Below, piece by piece: positions 1 to 13,318 of a stretch of DNA of 64,000 nt (position 1 is its first letter; every line of letters starts with the position of its first letter). The DNA is from Okamejei kenojei (Eukaryota), in contig CM069150.1 of NCBI GenBank assembly GCA_035221665.1, positions 9,362,001-9,426,000 on the forward strand, in the 5' to 3' direction. The position numbers and the translations under genes are program-made. Below the pieces are notes generated by a model. The model did no database searches and was not told where the DNA came from. It saw nothing but the letters and a program-made list of their open reading frames with translations.

Positions 1-368
1 AAATTTCTCATTAGACATATTGCAGGTTTTCAAACATAAAATTTTGTGCAAATGTTTCTTTAAAGTTAAGGTAATTAAAGACAGCATTTTTACGCACATT
101 GTGTTACTTTAAAAGAGACCTTAAGTTTAAACAGGGTACTGGAACTCCCTTATCTAATATAGCTTGTGGAACCACCTGCAACTTTATGCTTGAGTGTTCA
201 ATTCAGATGCAAGATAACTAAGTATTTTATACCATGGAGGAGTGTTTGGGGAGGGGGAGGGTGGGTGGAGAGAGGGAGGAGGGGGAGTGGGAGGCAGCAA
301 GCATAGCTGAGCACACCTTCCGGCTCACCCAAACTCTCTAGCTTGCATTGAAGTGCACAAAGTCGGTC
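1..368 (-). other. Start of the PMEPA1-family 3' UTR (continues off the window)
   Basis: Lies directly downstream of the stop codon on the minus strand; a pyrimidine tract followed by AT-rich sequence. Confidence 0.7.
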
Positions 369-914
369 TCAGAAAGGGTGCCCTGTCTTTTTGTCTTTGC
401 TGTTCCGGAGAACTGTCCCCTCGAGGCCATTGTTCTGAGGTTGTTCTGGTCTGCTTCCACCCATCAGAGAGTGGACACCGTGGCTCTGCTGATGCTGGAA
501 AAACGTTGACCCCGGGTAGTGACCGATCACCTCGTTGTAAGTGGGCGGTGGTCCCTCCATTCTGCCGTTGCTGCTGTAGCTGGTGGCGCTGACGCCAGAG
601 TTACAGCTGGGCGGGCAGGGTCCTGCGTTATAAATCGACGTGTCTATCAAGTCGCTGTCAAAGATCGTCCTGTTCGGGGGAGCCCTCACCGACTCCCGGT
701 TCAATTCCATCTGCTGCTCTGGGTCACGGAGCTGCAGGGTGCAGGGGCCTTGGTAGGGAGGGGGCTCCTCACCGTCCGACAGCGAGATGGTAGGAGGGAG
801 GTCAATCTCGTGCTGCATGTAGGGGTAGGTGGGCTGGAAGCGGCTGAAGCGGTCACGGTGTAGGAACGACGGCACCGTCAGCCTGTCTGTCGTCCTGGGC
901 GTGTATATCTGGTG
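369..914 (-). CDS. PMEPA1: Last coding exon of a PMEPA1/LDLRAD4-family NEDD4/SMAD adaptor (most likely PMEPA1/TMEPAI)
   Basis: Translation [17 protein letters not shown]...[56 protein letters not shown]...[19 protein letters not shown]...GHPF* contains PY1 (PPPY), the SMAD-interaction motif (PPNR) and PY2 (PPTY). Acceptor is cctgtcttctcttgtcttccag|CAC at 914 (phase 0); stop TGA at 371-369. Family assignment is near certain; PMEPA1 over LDLRAD4 rests on EVIGHYPG and the GHPF C-terminus. Confidence 0.9.
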   Translation of the reverse strand, partial: HQIYTPRTTDRLTVPSFLHRDRFSRFQPTYPYMQHEIDLPPTISLSDGEEPPPYQGPCTLQLRDPEQQMELNRESVRAPPNRTIFDSDLIDTSIYNAGPCPPSCNSGVSATSYSSNGRMEGPPPTYNEVIGHYPGSTFFQHQQSHGVHSLMGGSRPEQPQNNGLEGTVLRNSKDKKTGHPF

Positions 915-996
915 CTGGAAGACAAGAGAAGACAGGCAGTCAGTTGGGTCCTTCCACACAGAGGCCCAGCCTTACAGAAACATATCCAGTAATCAG

Positions 997-1092
997 GCTA
1001 GATGCAGGAAACGTGTTCCTCGTGTTGGGGGAGTCCAGAACCAGGGGGGGTCACAGTACAAGAATAAGGGGTTGGCCATTTAGGACTCAGAT
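997..1092 (+). mobile_element. Short CR1 LINE fragment
   Basis: gctagatgcaggaaa...gagtccagaaccagggg...agaataaagggg matches the longer CR1 copy at about 5115-5205. Confidence 0.65.
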
Positions 1093-1130
1093 GAGCTGTG
1101 AGCCACTCCCGCTCATTGGTAATGTTGAAG

Positions 1131-1260
1131 ATTGATGCAAAATGCTGGAGTAACAGCAGGACAGCGGCATCTCTGGGGGGGAAGGAATGGGTGACGTTTC
1201 CTTCTCTCCAGAACTGCTGCCTGTCCCGCTGAGTCACTCCAGCATCTTGTGTCCATCTCC
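1131..1260. mobile_element. Degenerate palindromic Penelope-derived mini-element (type A)
   Basis: aaaatgctggagtaac...cagc...ggaatgggtgacgtttc followed by the inverted arm cccgctgagtcactccagcatcttgtgtc. Confidence 0.7.
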
Positions 1261-1849
1261 GGTGGGACTGGCTTGGCCATTTGACCCCAGGCACTCTGAC
1301 AGTCCACCTATGCATTAGTTGCGTCGAGTTGCCATTGTGCAGGTGGGTGGAGTTGATTGGAATGAGGGGACATGTTATCGGAAGAACATGAGTGAGGTAT
1401 TGCTCTGATGGCCGAACAGCAGGATACATTATTTAAAATCCATGGCAATCTTTTTTCCCAGACTGGGAACAAAGGCTCCATCACAGTGTAACCTCTATAC
1501 ACATCACCATACCCTCTGCTTATTGCAGCAAAGCACACACTGCTGGAAAACCCAGCAGGTTGAGCAGCATCTGTGGAGCCAAAAGGGTGGTCAATTGGCC
1601 CCTGCACCAGGACTCACAGTGAGGAGGGAAGACATACAGCATATAGAAGTGAGATGGAGGGATCAGGCACAGACTGTACGTGAGATGTGGGTGGGTGGAG
1701 GATGGGCAGATAAAGGCAGGTGGGGGGTGGGGGTGGGGGTGGGGGCGGTGGACATAATGGAGAGGAAACATTGGTGAGACCAAGTGTTGACTTGGGCATC
1801 CGCCACGCAGAGCTCTGCCACAGTGGCCACCTGAGCTTGTGCATGCATG

Positions 1850-2565
1850 ACATTTCATCTCCCCTTCCCGTCGACCCATCGCTCCTCGACCGTCTCCTCT
1901 ATCACAATGAGGAAAAGCACAAACTGGAGGAACGCCACATCGTTCTGCACAGCCCGCAGCCACGAATATCAATATTCCCCTCCCCTTCTTCCTTTCCCAC
2001 TTACGCCAGTCCACCCAAGATCTGGCTCTGTCTGCTTACTGCTCCATCCCTTCTCCCCCAACCCATTACCCAGATGTTGCCCTCCCCTCTCTCCCATTTA
2101 TATTTCTAGCCCGATGCCCTCTCCCACCTTGTCCTACCTTCCCCACCCGGTTCCACCTTCCATATTTAAGTCCGTCACACCCTTCGAAACATCGACCATT
2201 CCACTGCCTCCCCAGATGCTGCCTGGCCGCCGGCCTCCTCCAGCGGTCTGTTTTTTTGCTGCAGCCTCTTGCCTCATCTCGGTTTACTGACTGCCACGAG
2301 ATATTGGTCTTCCTCTGCATTCTCTTGGCCTCTGGTCCCCTTATGCTTATGCCAGCTGTTACCTGGCAACTGGACCATCCTAGCACAACTAGAGTGTCCG
2401 GAGCTACTATCTACCTCATCGGAGGCTTCTCTCCTGCAATCAGACTGAAAAGGTCTCGACCCGAAATGTCACCTATTCCTTTTCCCAGAGATGCTGCCTG
2501 ACCCGCCGAGTTACTCCAGCATTTTGTGTCTGTCTTTGGTGTAAACCGGCATCTGCAGTTCCTTC
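1850..2565 (+). mobile_element. Penelope-like element 3' fragment with terminal repeat
   Basis: HNEEKHKLEERHIVL resembles the C-terminus seen at 14392-14822. It is followed by a pyrimidine-rich spacer and the terminal repeat with a decayed hammerhead core at about 2445-2470. Confidence 0.65.
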
Positions 2566-3296
2566 CATGACCGGACTTTACCTTGCACTAAACGTTATCC
2601 ATGTTAATCCCTTTATCCTGTATCTGTACACTGTGGATGGTTTGATTGTAATCGTGTATTGTCATGTTGCTGACTGGGTAGCAGGCAACAAAAGCTTCTC
2701 ACTCTGCCTCCGTACGCGTGAGAATAAACTAAACGCAAACTCCTTCATTCAATGTTCTCCACCAATCTCCTGCCCCATCGGTGACCACCCAAACTGCCCG
2801 GTTCTGCACCACACCACTGCTGCGTGTGTTTCCATCTTGTATAACCCTGTCATACCCTTCCTGCAACGTACACTGCACCTCAACACTGCCCCGACTGATG
2901 TTGGGAACTTCTGGCACATCCACCTAGCTGCTATTTTCAGCGGCTCAGCCACAAGAGTCTAGGATGCCTTCTTACCCAACTTGCTGGTTTGCTGTGTTGA
3001 GATGGCTGAACAAGTTCCTGTTCTCCACATTCCTCTGCATCCTCCCATTAACCTACTCACCTCACCTCACCTCCCCTTCCCCGTGGCAAAAATTGATCTC
3101 AGATGCCCATGCAAAGTGGAAGCTCCTTACATATTACTGCTTTGTCAATGCACATCCTGGCAATGACAAGAACACCAGACATCCACGGTCCTGTCCTTCA
3201 CCTTCTGGCAGCCAGTGTTGAGATTGGTCTCAAAACTGTCATCTCCCAGCTGCACCTCAGACTGCTCGGGAGAAGAGTCAGTGATCCACTCAAAAT

Positions 3297-3535
3297 TAGA
3301 CACAAAATGCTGGAGTAACTCAGCGGGTCAGGCAGCATCTTGGGAGAAAAGAAATAGGTGTCGTTTCGGGTCGAGGCGCATCTTCAGACTTCCCTCCTGC
3401 AATCAGAATGAAAAAGGGCCTCAACCCGAAATGTCATCTACTCCTTTTCTCCAGAGATGCTGCCTGACCCCGCCGAGTTACTCCAGCATTTTGTGACTAT
3501 CCTTGGTGTAAACCAGCATCTGCAGTTCCTTCCTA
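3297..3535. mobile_element. Palindromic Penelope-derived mini-element (type A)
   Basis: tagacacaaaatgctggagtaactcagcggg... and its reverse complement ...gagttactccagcattttgtgacta, with a decayed hammerhead core on each arm. Confidence 0.8.
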
Positions 3536-3949
3536 ACCATTAAACTGTATCTAGCTTGAGAGTCCAAAACTCACGGTTGAGTTAACGTAAGATTCCTTCA
3601 TCCTTAATTATCTATGGAGCTAGGCAAAAGGATCATCAACATTCTTCAGTGGAGTCTGTATTACTGACAATCCATCAATTGATTGTTCACAAATTGTTCT
3701 CAGGACAGCTAACGGGACCATTACTTCAGCCAGCTTTGCATTTGCTCAGTGTTAAATATTCCAATATATATTCTGCATTAATGCGATGGAATTAGCAACC
3801 TGGACAGGACCAAAATACGCCCAGCACCCAGGCATCACTCGACCAGCATCATTTAGACCAGCAGATGACCCAGTTGCTGCCGTCTAACAGGCTGAAATGC
3901 ACAACCAGATGAGCACGGATCAGAGCTTCCTGCCTTAGAGACCCCAGGG

Positions 3950-4672
3950 GAGCCGGGGAGATGGCTGCCCTGCCGGCAGTCTGTTTGTCTTTCCACTCTT
4001 TTTGTTATTTTTTAGTTTGTTAAAAGTTTTTGTTTTAATGTTCTTCAGTTTGTTTTATGTGAGGGGGGGGGATTGGGGGAAACTTTCTTTCAAGTTCCTA
4101 CCTTGCCGGAGATGTGATTATTTTTCGGATCACATTCTCCGGGCTCTGCGGCCTACCATCGGTGGAGCTGGAAGCCTCCTCGGACTGTTGTGGGCCCCAC
4201 CGCGGGGCACGGACTTAACTTCGGAGCTGATCCCTTGCCTGGGATCGCTCCCGTCGCAACCACCGCAGATTTTAACATCAAGGGCTCGGGCGAGGCTAGT
4301 CGGGAAGCTTCAACGTGGCGGAAGGTTCGACCAGCCCCAACGCGAGGTTCCATCGCCCGGCGCGGGGGAGCTGCCATCCCCCCGATGCGGGAGCTGATCG
4401 CCTCGACACGGGGGGCCCAAACACCACCGGCTACGGGAGTCAACGGGGGCTCGAGGCCCACGACCGAGGAAGAACTAAGGGAAGGGACTTGAACTTTATT
4501 TCGCCTTCCATCACAGTGAGGAATGTGTAGGAGTCTCTGTGGTGGATGTTCATGTTAAAATGTGTTTTTGAGTGATCTGTTACTTTTAATTGTACGACTG
4601 ACCTGGCCAATGAAATTCCTGGTATGTTGCAAAACATACTTGCGAATAAAGTGTGATTCTGATTCTGATTCT
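3950..4672 (+). mobile_element. Non-autonomous non-LTR element with AATAAA and (GATTCT)n tail
   Basis: GC-rich body; the 3' part (ccttccatcacagtgaggaatgtg...aataaagt) recurs at about 6557-6720; ends in gattctgattctgattct. Confidence 0.6.
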
Positions 4673-4849
4673 CTCTCACATCCCACTCGCTGTGCTGATG
4701 CCCCCGTCCTACACACTGGGAAGAATGGACGCATGAGGGACTCCGTAATGTGCAGCTCCAAGCAGTGGAAGAGGCAGGAGATGCAGAATGTAACTACAGA
4801 CAGGGTTTATGTCATTCTCACTGCACAAGCCAAAATATTAGTCATAAGA

Positions 4850-4950
4850 TAGACACAAAAAGCTGGAGTAACTCAGCGGGTCAAACAGCATCTCTGGCGA
4901 AAAGGAATATATGATGTTTCTGGTCGAGGCACCCTCTTTTCTCCAGAGAC
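4850..4950. mobile_element. Penelope-derived terminal-repeat fragment (type A)
   Basis: tagacacaaaaagctggagtaactcagcgggtca motif. Confidence 0.7.
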
Positions 4951-5456
4951 ATCCTTGGGATTGAGGCAGTGCAGCGTAGGTTCGCGAGATTGATCCCTGG
5001 GATGGCGGGTCTGCCATATGAGGAAAGATTGAAGACTAGGCTTGTATTCACTGGAGTTTAGAAGAATGAGGGGGGATCACATAGAAACATATAAAATTAT
5101 AAAAGGACTGGACAAGCTAGATGCAGGAAAAATGTTCCTAATGTTGGGCGGAGTCCAGAACCAGGGGCCACGGTCTTAGAATAAAGGGGAGGCCATTTAA
5201 GACTGAGCTGAGAAAAAACTTTTTCACCCAGACAGTTGTGAATTTGTGGAATTCCCTGCCACAGAGGGCAGTGGAGGCCAAGTCACTGGATGGATTTAAG
5301 GGAGAGTTAGATAGAGCTCTAGGGGCGAGTGGAATCAAGGGATATGGGGAGAAGGCAGGCACGGGTTATTGATTGGGGACGATCAGCCATGATCACAAGA
5401 GTGGCGGTGGTGGCTCGAAGGGCCGAATGGCCTCCTCCTGCACCTATGTTTCTATG
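4945..5456 (+). mobile_element. CR1 LINE 3' end (decayed ORF2 C-terminus and 3' UTR)
   Basis: gaggcagtgcagcgtaggttc...tatgaggaaagattga...tcactggagtttagaagaatgagggggg...ggccgaatggcctcctcctgcacctatgtttctatg is the typical CR1 3' region and tail. Confidence 0.85.
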
Positions 5457-5902
5457 CCTCTTTCTTCAGACAATTTAAAAACCTCAAAGGGCAGAAGAAT
5501 ATAGACAATGCCCCTTCGATCGAGCGATTATGATCCTGTTTGCTCGTTGGTGCCAGTGAATGATTGTACAAGGCTGGGCAGGAGCAGGGAAATTGTCCGG
5601 ACGCCACCTGTCCCAGCTCCCTCTCCCGAGGCCAGGCCAGTATTCATCCAGCAATATTCAATCAATATTCCTAACACAGATTATCCCGTATTCCCACATT
5701 GAAGACCGTGAAATCATGATGTGATTAGCAGCAGCGACTGTGCTTCAAGCATCTCTCTCATCATATGTTGGTTAACATGATGTTGAGGATTGAAACACGT
5801 TCTGCTTGGGTACGGGTTGGGCATCAGACTGGGCAACTAGAAGCCGAGTGAAATTGCACCATCTTTCATTAGCTTCTCTGGGGTCTGAACTACAGCACAG
5901 AC

Positions 5903-6045
5903 AGGTAGACAAGAGTGCTGGAGAAACTCTGCGGGTGCAGCAGCACCTACGGAGCGAAGGAAACAGGCAACGTCTCGGGCACCCGCTGAGTTTCTCCAGC
6001 ACTTTTGTCTACCTTCGATTTTCCAGCATCTGCAGTTCCTTCTTG
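5903..6045. mobile_element. Palindromic Penelope-derived mini-element (type B)
   Basis: aggtagacaagagtgctggagaaactc...gggtgc paired with gcacccgctgagtttctccagcacttttgtctacct. Confidence 0.8.
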
Positions 6046-6556
6046 AGCATAGATGGGTGATTTGTTGCAAACAGTCCAGCTTCCACAAAAGGGTTGGTCC
6101 TAAATTCTGTCTCTCTTCTCTCAAACTGCAGACTTTCTTTAATCAATTATTCCTTATTCTTTATTGCAGGCACAACAAAGGCTCAAAATGCCCCATGCAA
6201 GACCCCACCGTCGCTCGATCCCAATGTTTAGCCTGTCCTTTACATTCTGTACGTTGCCTTGATCCAGCAATCGTGTGGTTCAAGAACATTGGTGAACTGT
6301 CCCAGGCCAATCCATTCCATGGCCAGATGGAAAGGGACAGGTTCTTGCTCCCTCTCCCACCCCAGCCAGCAGAGAAGGCCCAGGGCAGAGTGAGGAAGTG
6401 ATGAGCATACCCTAGTGAATAGGGGACAGGAGGGTGTAAGAGCGAGCAGAGGGAAAGGAGGTGAACATGGTCTACAACACAACGCCAGCAATCTCTCATC
6501 AACTCCTTCTGCGCTTCATGCTGCCTTGGGAAAGCAGCCAACGGCTCGGGTTTTTC

Positions 6557-6722
6557 TGCCTTCCATCACAGTGAGGAATGTGGAGGAGTCACTGTGGGGG
6601 ATGTTCATGTTAAAATGCATTTTGTGTGTCTTGTTGCTTTTTATTGGTGTGACTGTATGGCAAATCAAAATTCCTCGTATATTGCAAAACATACTTGGCT
6701 AATAAAGTATTATTATGATGAT
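6557..6722 (+). mobile_element. 3' fragment of the non-LTR family seen at 3950-4672
   Basis: Direct similarity to 4503-4655; ends aataaagtattattatgatgatga. Confidence 0.65.
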
Positions 6723-7661
6723 GAGAAACAAAGACCACTTGCATCCCGGTCATGTTGGGCAAGAGATACCAAAGGTTGAAAGCTTGGCATCATACCACCA
6801 GATTCGGGCATAGTTTCTTCTCCACTCTTATCAGATGCTTGAACGGACCTCTCTGTGCTGATAATGCATTCCGGATTTTCCAATCCATCGTGTTGCAGCC
6901 TTTGCCTTTTATTTATCTGCATTTTCTCTGTAGCTGTGACACTATATTCGGTATTTTTCTCTTGACCCTATCATGTTTGGTTTGATTGTACTGGTACAAT
7001 GGTACAACTGGAATGGTCTGATGTATGGTGCGGTCTGCCTGGTAAACCACAGTTTACCACTGCACCCCAGAACACATGACAATAAGAAACCATTGCCAAT
7101 CTGTTCATTCCTTTTTGAAAACTGAAGATATTTGAGAAAGTATTTTTGAAAGCTGACAATTAACAAGCAAGGCCGGCAGATTATGGGGATCTGGCACGGA
7201 AGAGGAGTCAAGGCCAGCGTTGATCAGCCATGATGCACATTAAGAGGCAGGGCAGGCATGAGGGGCTGAGTGGTATATTTCTGCACCCATTTTCTGTTTC
7301 TATGGTTTAGCGCCAAGAAAAGTCCAGGTGGGAGTGAGGATGAGGCAGTGAGTGGCCATGTGTATCCTGCAGGCTGTATATCATTGCGGAATGCAAAGCC
7401 CACAGAGCTGTTTCATAAGAGCATTGAATATTCAATTGCCTCCCAGCGCTCCCACCCACATCTCTAACTCAGCTGTTGCATAAAGGCATTAAATAATTTA
7501 CAGCCCTTTCCAAAATAGTATAGGGTTCTCTCGCACAAGGAACACAGTACATTAGATCAATATGCCCTCTCCCTGGGGAAGGATCTCTTCATTCTGTGGT
7601 GTCCACTGTGCCCCAGTCACTCCCTCTGTGGTGTTCGCCATTCGCAGTCACTCCCTCCCTA

Positions 7662-7860
7662 ATAGACACAAAACACTGGAGTAACTCAGTGGGACAAGCA
7701 GCATCTCTGGATAGGAGGGAATGGGTGACATATCCAAGGGCCTAGATCCAAAATGGCACCCATATTCCTTCTATCCAGAGATGCTGCCTGTCCCACTGAG
7801 TTACTCCTGCATTTTGTGTCTATCTTCGGTGTAAACCAGCACCTGCAGTTCCTTCCTACA
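7662..7860. mobile_element. Palindromic Penelope-derived mini-element (type A)
   Basis: atagacacaaaacactggagtaactcagtgggaca paired with tgtcccactgagttactcctgcattttgtgtctat. Confidence 0.8.
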
Positions 7861-8274
7861 CTCCACTCCCTCTATTTATCTCAATACATGGATTGTCATC
7901 AGAGCCAGACACGCAACAAATAAAAGCAACATTCATAGACTATGCAAATGGCTGCAACGTTCATACTAAAGGATAAGGAGTCAAAACTAAAAGCACTCAG
8001 CATTTTCTCCTTCTATCCATTGATCAACAACATCTACAAGTGTCTGGGCTGTGAAGAGATATTCGGCTGAACAACAAAAGTTAATAAAGGCACTCTCCTC
8101 TCAAAAAGATTTTAAACCACTGACCCATTCCAAACAAATCTTGACCATTCTTTTTTACAGAAAGCAGGTGAGCTCAGGAGCCTCTCGCTAATGCTGGGCT
8201 TGAGAAGGGACTGCAATGAACGCCGTCTCCAGTAGGTGGTGCGATTGCTCCAATGTACCTCCTCCATCACTGTA

Positions 8275-8381
8275 TCCCATTCCTCCTCTCCAGAGATGCT
8301 GCCTGCCCGGCCCCGCTCAGTTACTCCAGCATTTTGTGTCTATCTTCGGTTTAAACCAGCACCTGCAGTTCCTTCATACAC
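8275..8381. mobile_element. Penelope-derived terminal-repeat half (type A)
   Basis: cccattcctcctctccagagatgctgcc...gttactccagcattttgtgtctatcttcgg. Confidence 0.75.
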
Positions 8382-9020
8382 ACTGTATCCCCAGAGGACT
8401 GAAGAGCGGGAAGCGCATGTGGAGGTGACTGAACACTGCAGACACGCGTGAATGTCAACATGTCTGACCTCTTCATTAGCGACACTCATCTACAACTCTG
8501 CTCCTCTTCAGCATGCGAGGGACAAGCAGCCGCGTTCTCCTAGATCTCGATCCAGAATCTCCTTGCCCTCTTCCCCTTCAACTGACAAGACAATTGGGTC
8601 AACGCAAAGTGTGTCACAAATTTCAGTTTAACCAAGACCTGCCAATGTGGACAGAGACTTCCGTTTGAGACGGTGGAAGTAATGCCAGCCATTGGAGGGA
8701 GTTGCATTGTGCTTGGAACGGCTACCTCACTTGCACTACACTTCACTCCAGAGATGAGTGCAGGAGTGTACATTGTTGGGCCAGGTTTACCCCTCGATCT
8801 AAGTGTGTGAGCGTTTTTGTCTTTTGATCCTTTGCTGAGAATTGGCCATCTTGCTTGCCTAGGCTGCTTGCTTCTCACAGAATGTACATCACACGTCTAG
8901 GTTTGTTCCTGGTTTTAACAGAAGAACGTGTGATGTTTCAGTGACAAGTCTAGCGATGTCGAATTATTCTGCTACGATCTAAAAAAAGGCATTGTTACCA
9001 AGAGGCAACTTAGAAAACAT

Positions 9021-9054
<34 letters not shown>

Positions 9055-9789
9055 AGCCTGAAATTCAGCAGGCTGTGCGGAAGTTAACCAGAAAATGCTG
9101 GAAATACTCAGCAGGTCAGGCAGCCTCTGTGGTCAGTGAAAAACGATGAATGTTTCAGGTAGATGGATGAGCAGAGGGAATGCCTGCGAAGAAGGAGAGA
9201 CCCAGGTGAAACGAGATGACGGGTGGCAATGGTGTTGGTGGAGAGAAGGTGTGAGACTTGTGAATCACAGCGGATCCACTGGAAAGACTGCAAATAGAGG
9301 GGGAGTTGCAAGGAGGGGGAAAACAAACCAAATTGTAGATTTTGCCAAAAGCCAAAAAACACCAAAAAATACTGGAAATTTGATCAGGTAGGATCAGTGG
9401 GGAGAAAGCAATGTCGGAATTTGTGGACTTCTCACCAGAATGGGTGTTCTAACACAAACTGGACAGGCTGATTCTGTCTGAAGAAGGGTCTCAAACTGAA
9501 ATGTCACCCATCCCTTTTATCGCGAGGTACTGCCTGACCCGCTGAGTTACTCCAGCATTACGTGTCTATCTATCGACAGGCTGGTTACCTGGAATTATTG
9601 AATCGTGTTGAGCCATGGATTGGAACGCAATTCCAGCAGTCTGTGTTAGTTCAAGTTGCCCGCAGGAGTGTGAGTTCCCTTTCTCTCTTCTGCCCTCATG
9701 GACCTCTCTTTATTTACACCTTTTCCAATGCCATGGCAACGGTGTGTGTTTGTGTGATCTGGTTTCCACCTATCTCATTCTCTTTCCAC

Positions 9790-10195
9790 CCTTCTGGCGT
9801 GCGTGGCTGTCGACTGGGAACGCAGCCGAAGGTCTCGATCGAGGTGCCGTGGCCTCGCGGGTAGAAGCTTGGGTCGGGCGGAGCGGCTGGAGCCCAGGTC
9901 GCTATCACGGAGGCGTGAAGTGGAGCGTCGTCCGCGACGATGGGGGCTTGCGGCGGTGGCGATGAGAGCGTGGAGGACCACCGTGGGGGGGGGGGGGGGG
10001 GGGGGGGAGGAAGGGGACGAACTATGGAGGACCTGGCCTGGGGGACTGTTGTGGTGAATGGGGGGGGGGAACAAAAGGGGGAGCCGGCGTGCTTTGTAAC
10101 TTTATCAGTGCCGTAGGTGGCTGCTATTTGTATACATTGTGTATGCAAGCAAAGAATCTCACTGTGCCTAGTCATATGTGACAATAAAGTATTCC
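9790..10195 (+). mobile_element. GC-rich non-autonomous non-LTR-like element with AATAAA tail
   Basis: CpG-rich body with an internal poly-G run, then tgtatgcaagcaaagaatctcactgtgcc...tgacaataaagtattc, typical of LINE-dependent 3' ends. Confidence 0.5.
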
Positions 10196-10599
10196 TCCCA
10201 TCTGAAATATTGAACGCACATGTTTTCTTACTTTGTCCAGTTCTGACAGAAGGCCTTTGCCAGAAACATTAACCTTTTTACCCTCCTCACAGATGCTACC
10301 TGATCTGTGGGGTGTGTTTTATTTTGGATCACCAGCATGTGCATGTTTTTAATTTTTATAAACAGGACACAGTTATGCAGCATTATTTAGTAGGTTGGAT
10401 GGCCTCTGGCTGTTTAACATCATTGTATTATTCGACATTGTAAAGGCGGGAAACAAAGCAGCCATTGCATTGATCAGAGCAGCACCGGGGCCTGTCACTG
10501 TTCTGGCAGAGAGGTACTGGACCGCAAACCTGCGACAATGTTCCTCTGCCCCAACTGTGCCTTGGGATTTGCTTACATCCACCTCAACCGGATGATCCT

Positions 10600-10790
10600 T
10601 GGAGTAGACTCAGAGTCACCCGTCTTTGGGATGCGAGGGGAAACCGGAGCATGCATAGGGAATTCACATGGTCATAGGAAAACATACAAACTCCATCTAG
10701 ACAGCGTTTGAGGTCAGGATTTCACCCAGGTCACTAGCTCTGTGAGCCGCAGCTCTAACGGCTGAAACCTCTGCTGTCCAGCAGCAGCGC
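10600..10790 (-). mobile_element. Decayed V-SINE/HE1-like SINE
   Basis: cgtctttgggatgcgagggggaaaccggagca...caaactccat...gaggtcaggat is the reverse complement of the SINE at 13319. Confidence 0.6.
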
Positions 10791-11335
10791 AAGACAAACT
10801 TTGGCTCTGGTTGCATGAAACTCCCTTGATATTGCCAAGGATTTATTATAGGCTGGAGATTTGAGGGGGGGGGGGGGGGGGGGGGATTGTGCTTAAAATG
10901 GAGCATTCTGTACTTTCAGGCACAGCTTCAACACCTGGATCGCACTGAGACTGCACAACACGCAGCAGAAAGGACTGCATGCAGCACGCATGGATATCCA
11001 CCCCCCTTTGCTCACACTCACACAGGCTTGCCGGGAAGCATCTGTGCAGGAATGGCAGGAGACGAGACGGCTGGCAGGGAGCAAAACCGCAGGTGCACCG
11101 AGAAATGTCAAGCGCAATAATGGTGACTGCAGGGGACAACTGGAGATCTCAAGGCAAGGTCACAGGAGGCTGCTGTTCCAGTAACAGGATGGTCAGCTTG
11201 CCTTTCCCTTCTCCATCAAAAGACACAATGCCCTGCCCTTGTTGTTCAGCTGCACTCCAAACTGGAGAAGCAGTTACATACCATTGTGGGTAGGGGAGGA
11301 AATGGACATGCCGGTTTGCACGGAAGACAAGGCCC

Positions 11336-11519
11336 AAAATGCTGGAGCAACTCAGCGGGACAGGCAGCGTCTCTGGAGAGAAGGAACGAACAGGTCAGAT
11401 CTTCCTCAAACTCTGGCTCATTCCCCCACTCAGTCTGAAGAAGGGTCTCGACCCGAAACGTCACCCATTCATTCTCTCCAGAGATGCTGCCCGTCCCGCT
11501 GAGTTATTGTGTGTCTATC
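11336..11519. mobile_element. Palindromic Penelope-derived mini-element (type A) with an intact hammerhead core
   Basis: Inverted arms ctcagcgggacaggcagc and gctgcccgtcccgctgag; core at 11435-11462. Confidence 0.8.
11435..11462 (+). ncRNA. Minimal hammerhead-ribozyme-like core
   Basis: CTGAAGA-A-GGGT(CTCG)ACCC-GAAA-C-GTC: CUGANGA box, stem II hairpin, GAAA box and GUC triplet. Activity is unproven. Confidence 0.6.
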
Positions 11520-13318
11520 CGATGCCACCAGTACTGTGTACAATATTCAGCCAGGACTCATGTCGAGGGGGTTTGGAGAATTGCAGGAAACTCCCAACTA
11601 CTCAGCTTTCAAAGTCACTGGTGATTTCCCCAAGTATGGAGATGCCAGTCATACACGGGTCTGTGCCTATGCTTCCTGACTCAGTCCTCTTCCAAAGGGA
11701 ACACAAATCAGATTCCATGAAGGTTCATTTTGGGCCCAGCTGCGCTCATTTAAAAAAAAAATTACATGGCAAAGACTTACGTGATACACAAATTCCTGTG
11801 ACACACTTTTAATGCAAGTTTAGTCATTTCTAGACTGGAGAAAACTCCCGCCTCCGACAGAAAATACCTTTGGAGTGACGTAAGAATTAGACTGGAAGAG
11901 AATCTAGTCTGATGTTTAAATCTGACCCCATTATTTCGTGAGCCGACCCAGACGTTTGAGACGTTGCTGCCAAAGTGTATTAGGGATTTATCACAGTTTG
12001 GGGTTCTTTGCCAGTGTTGAAAGACATAAAACCGATGAGAAGGTGGTTCAGAAAGGGTTACAAATTGAAGCTAGTGCCACGTGTAAGTCTGGGAATGCAG
12101 TGAAAATAAATGCTAATGACATTACAAGATGGGAGTTGGTGTCGTTCAAGGAGTCAAAGCAGGGAAAACAAGTTAACCCTGTCTAGATAGCTCCCGGATT
12201 AAATGCTGCCCCGATTCCCCGGTTCTTGTCAAGGCCCCAGACCAGCAGTCATTCGCAGATTGCCGGGGTAGAACGACTTTTACCCTGGGTCTGTGGGGGG
12301 GGGTACGGATCACAGCAAGCTGGGGGCAAGCACTGCTCCACTGTGTGAAACAGGGTCGTGTACAGTACGGGGCCGGGAGTGGAACTGGACGTGTCACGTC
12401 GTCCTCCCACTCTGGTTAATTCCCCCGGTCACGAGTGAAGCCGGTCTTTGTCCGGACCCATGTTGCGTTGGGCCGGGGCTACAGGGTGATGGACGCCAGG
12501 CAGGTTCACAGCGACCCTGCTGCCCAACCGGATGGGAGGCAGCAGCAGCTGACTGACGACAGCAACTGTCGGGCGGGTGACCTGTGGCCAACTTGGATTA
12601 GTTAACAGGGACGTATCAGTCTGAACATTGCCCGCTGGCGAGGAGAGCTGTGCTGCAGATTCCAGAGTAGAAATGCTCTTGACTTTAGAAACACACTGAT
12701 ACCACAGGAGCAATGTCAGGGAAATGTGACGCGGTGTGTTGTCTCTTCAAAGACAGGAGGACAGATGGAGTTGGTGGGGTGTATCTGAGCCAGGTGTACG
12801 CACCCTGTCCCAGTGACAGGGGCATTCACTCACATGCCTTCACACTCCCAGTACAATGGGTTACTCACTTGCTGGTCCTGCCCGAGGATTCAGACCAAGG
12901 ACTGCTCATCTATCTACCGCTGAGGCATTACTCCTGATTAATGGAACTGTCATTTCCTACTGTGCTCACGTGTAGCATCTACTGTTCATGGTGGAGGTCG
13001 GTTGTACCTTTCAGGTTACTGAGGTGAGACTGTTTCCACACAAGCAGCCTCACTATCTGGGTCACTTTCATACTGCACAGCACACATGACAGAGTAAATC
13101 TCCCCACTCCCATCTGTAGCAGCTCCACACGCAGCTGGCATTACATCTGCTGCAGAGGCACACCGGCCAGCGGGGGGGGGAATGCGATGTGGAGCCGCAT
13201 GTGGAAGTCCGTTCTGGGAACGGCAGAGCATGTATATCAGTGATAATAGTCGGCACTGTTAGACGGTGCAAGAGCAAAGCCTTCCGGTGTCGTTCCCACC
13301 GCTGTATGCATCGACTGC

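Noticed and set aside
915-959. N-terminal extension [15 protein letters not shown] of the 196-aa ORF
   Set aside because: Intronic read-through of the polypyrimidine tract upstream of the acceptor at 914.
9022-9052. Long poly-C/poly-G runs (also at about 17000, 18031, 34030 and 60734) as G-quadruplex elements
   Set aside because: Homopolymer lengths are unreliable in assemblies, and such runs are scattered throughout the window without context.
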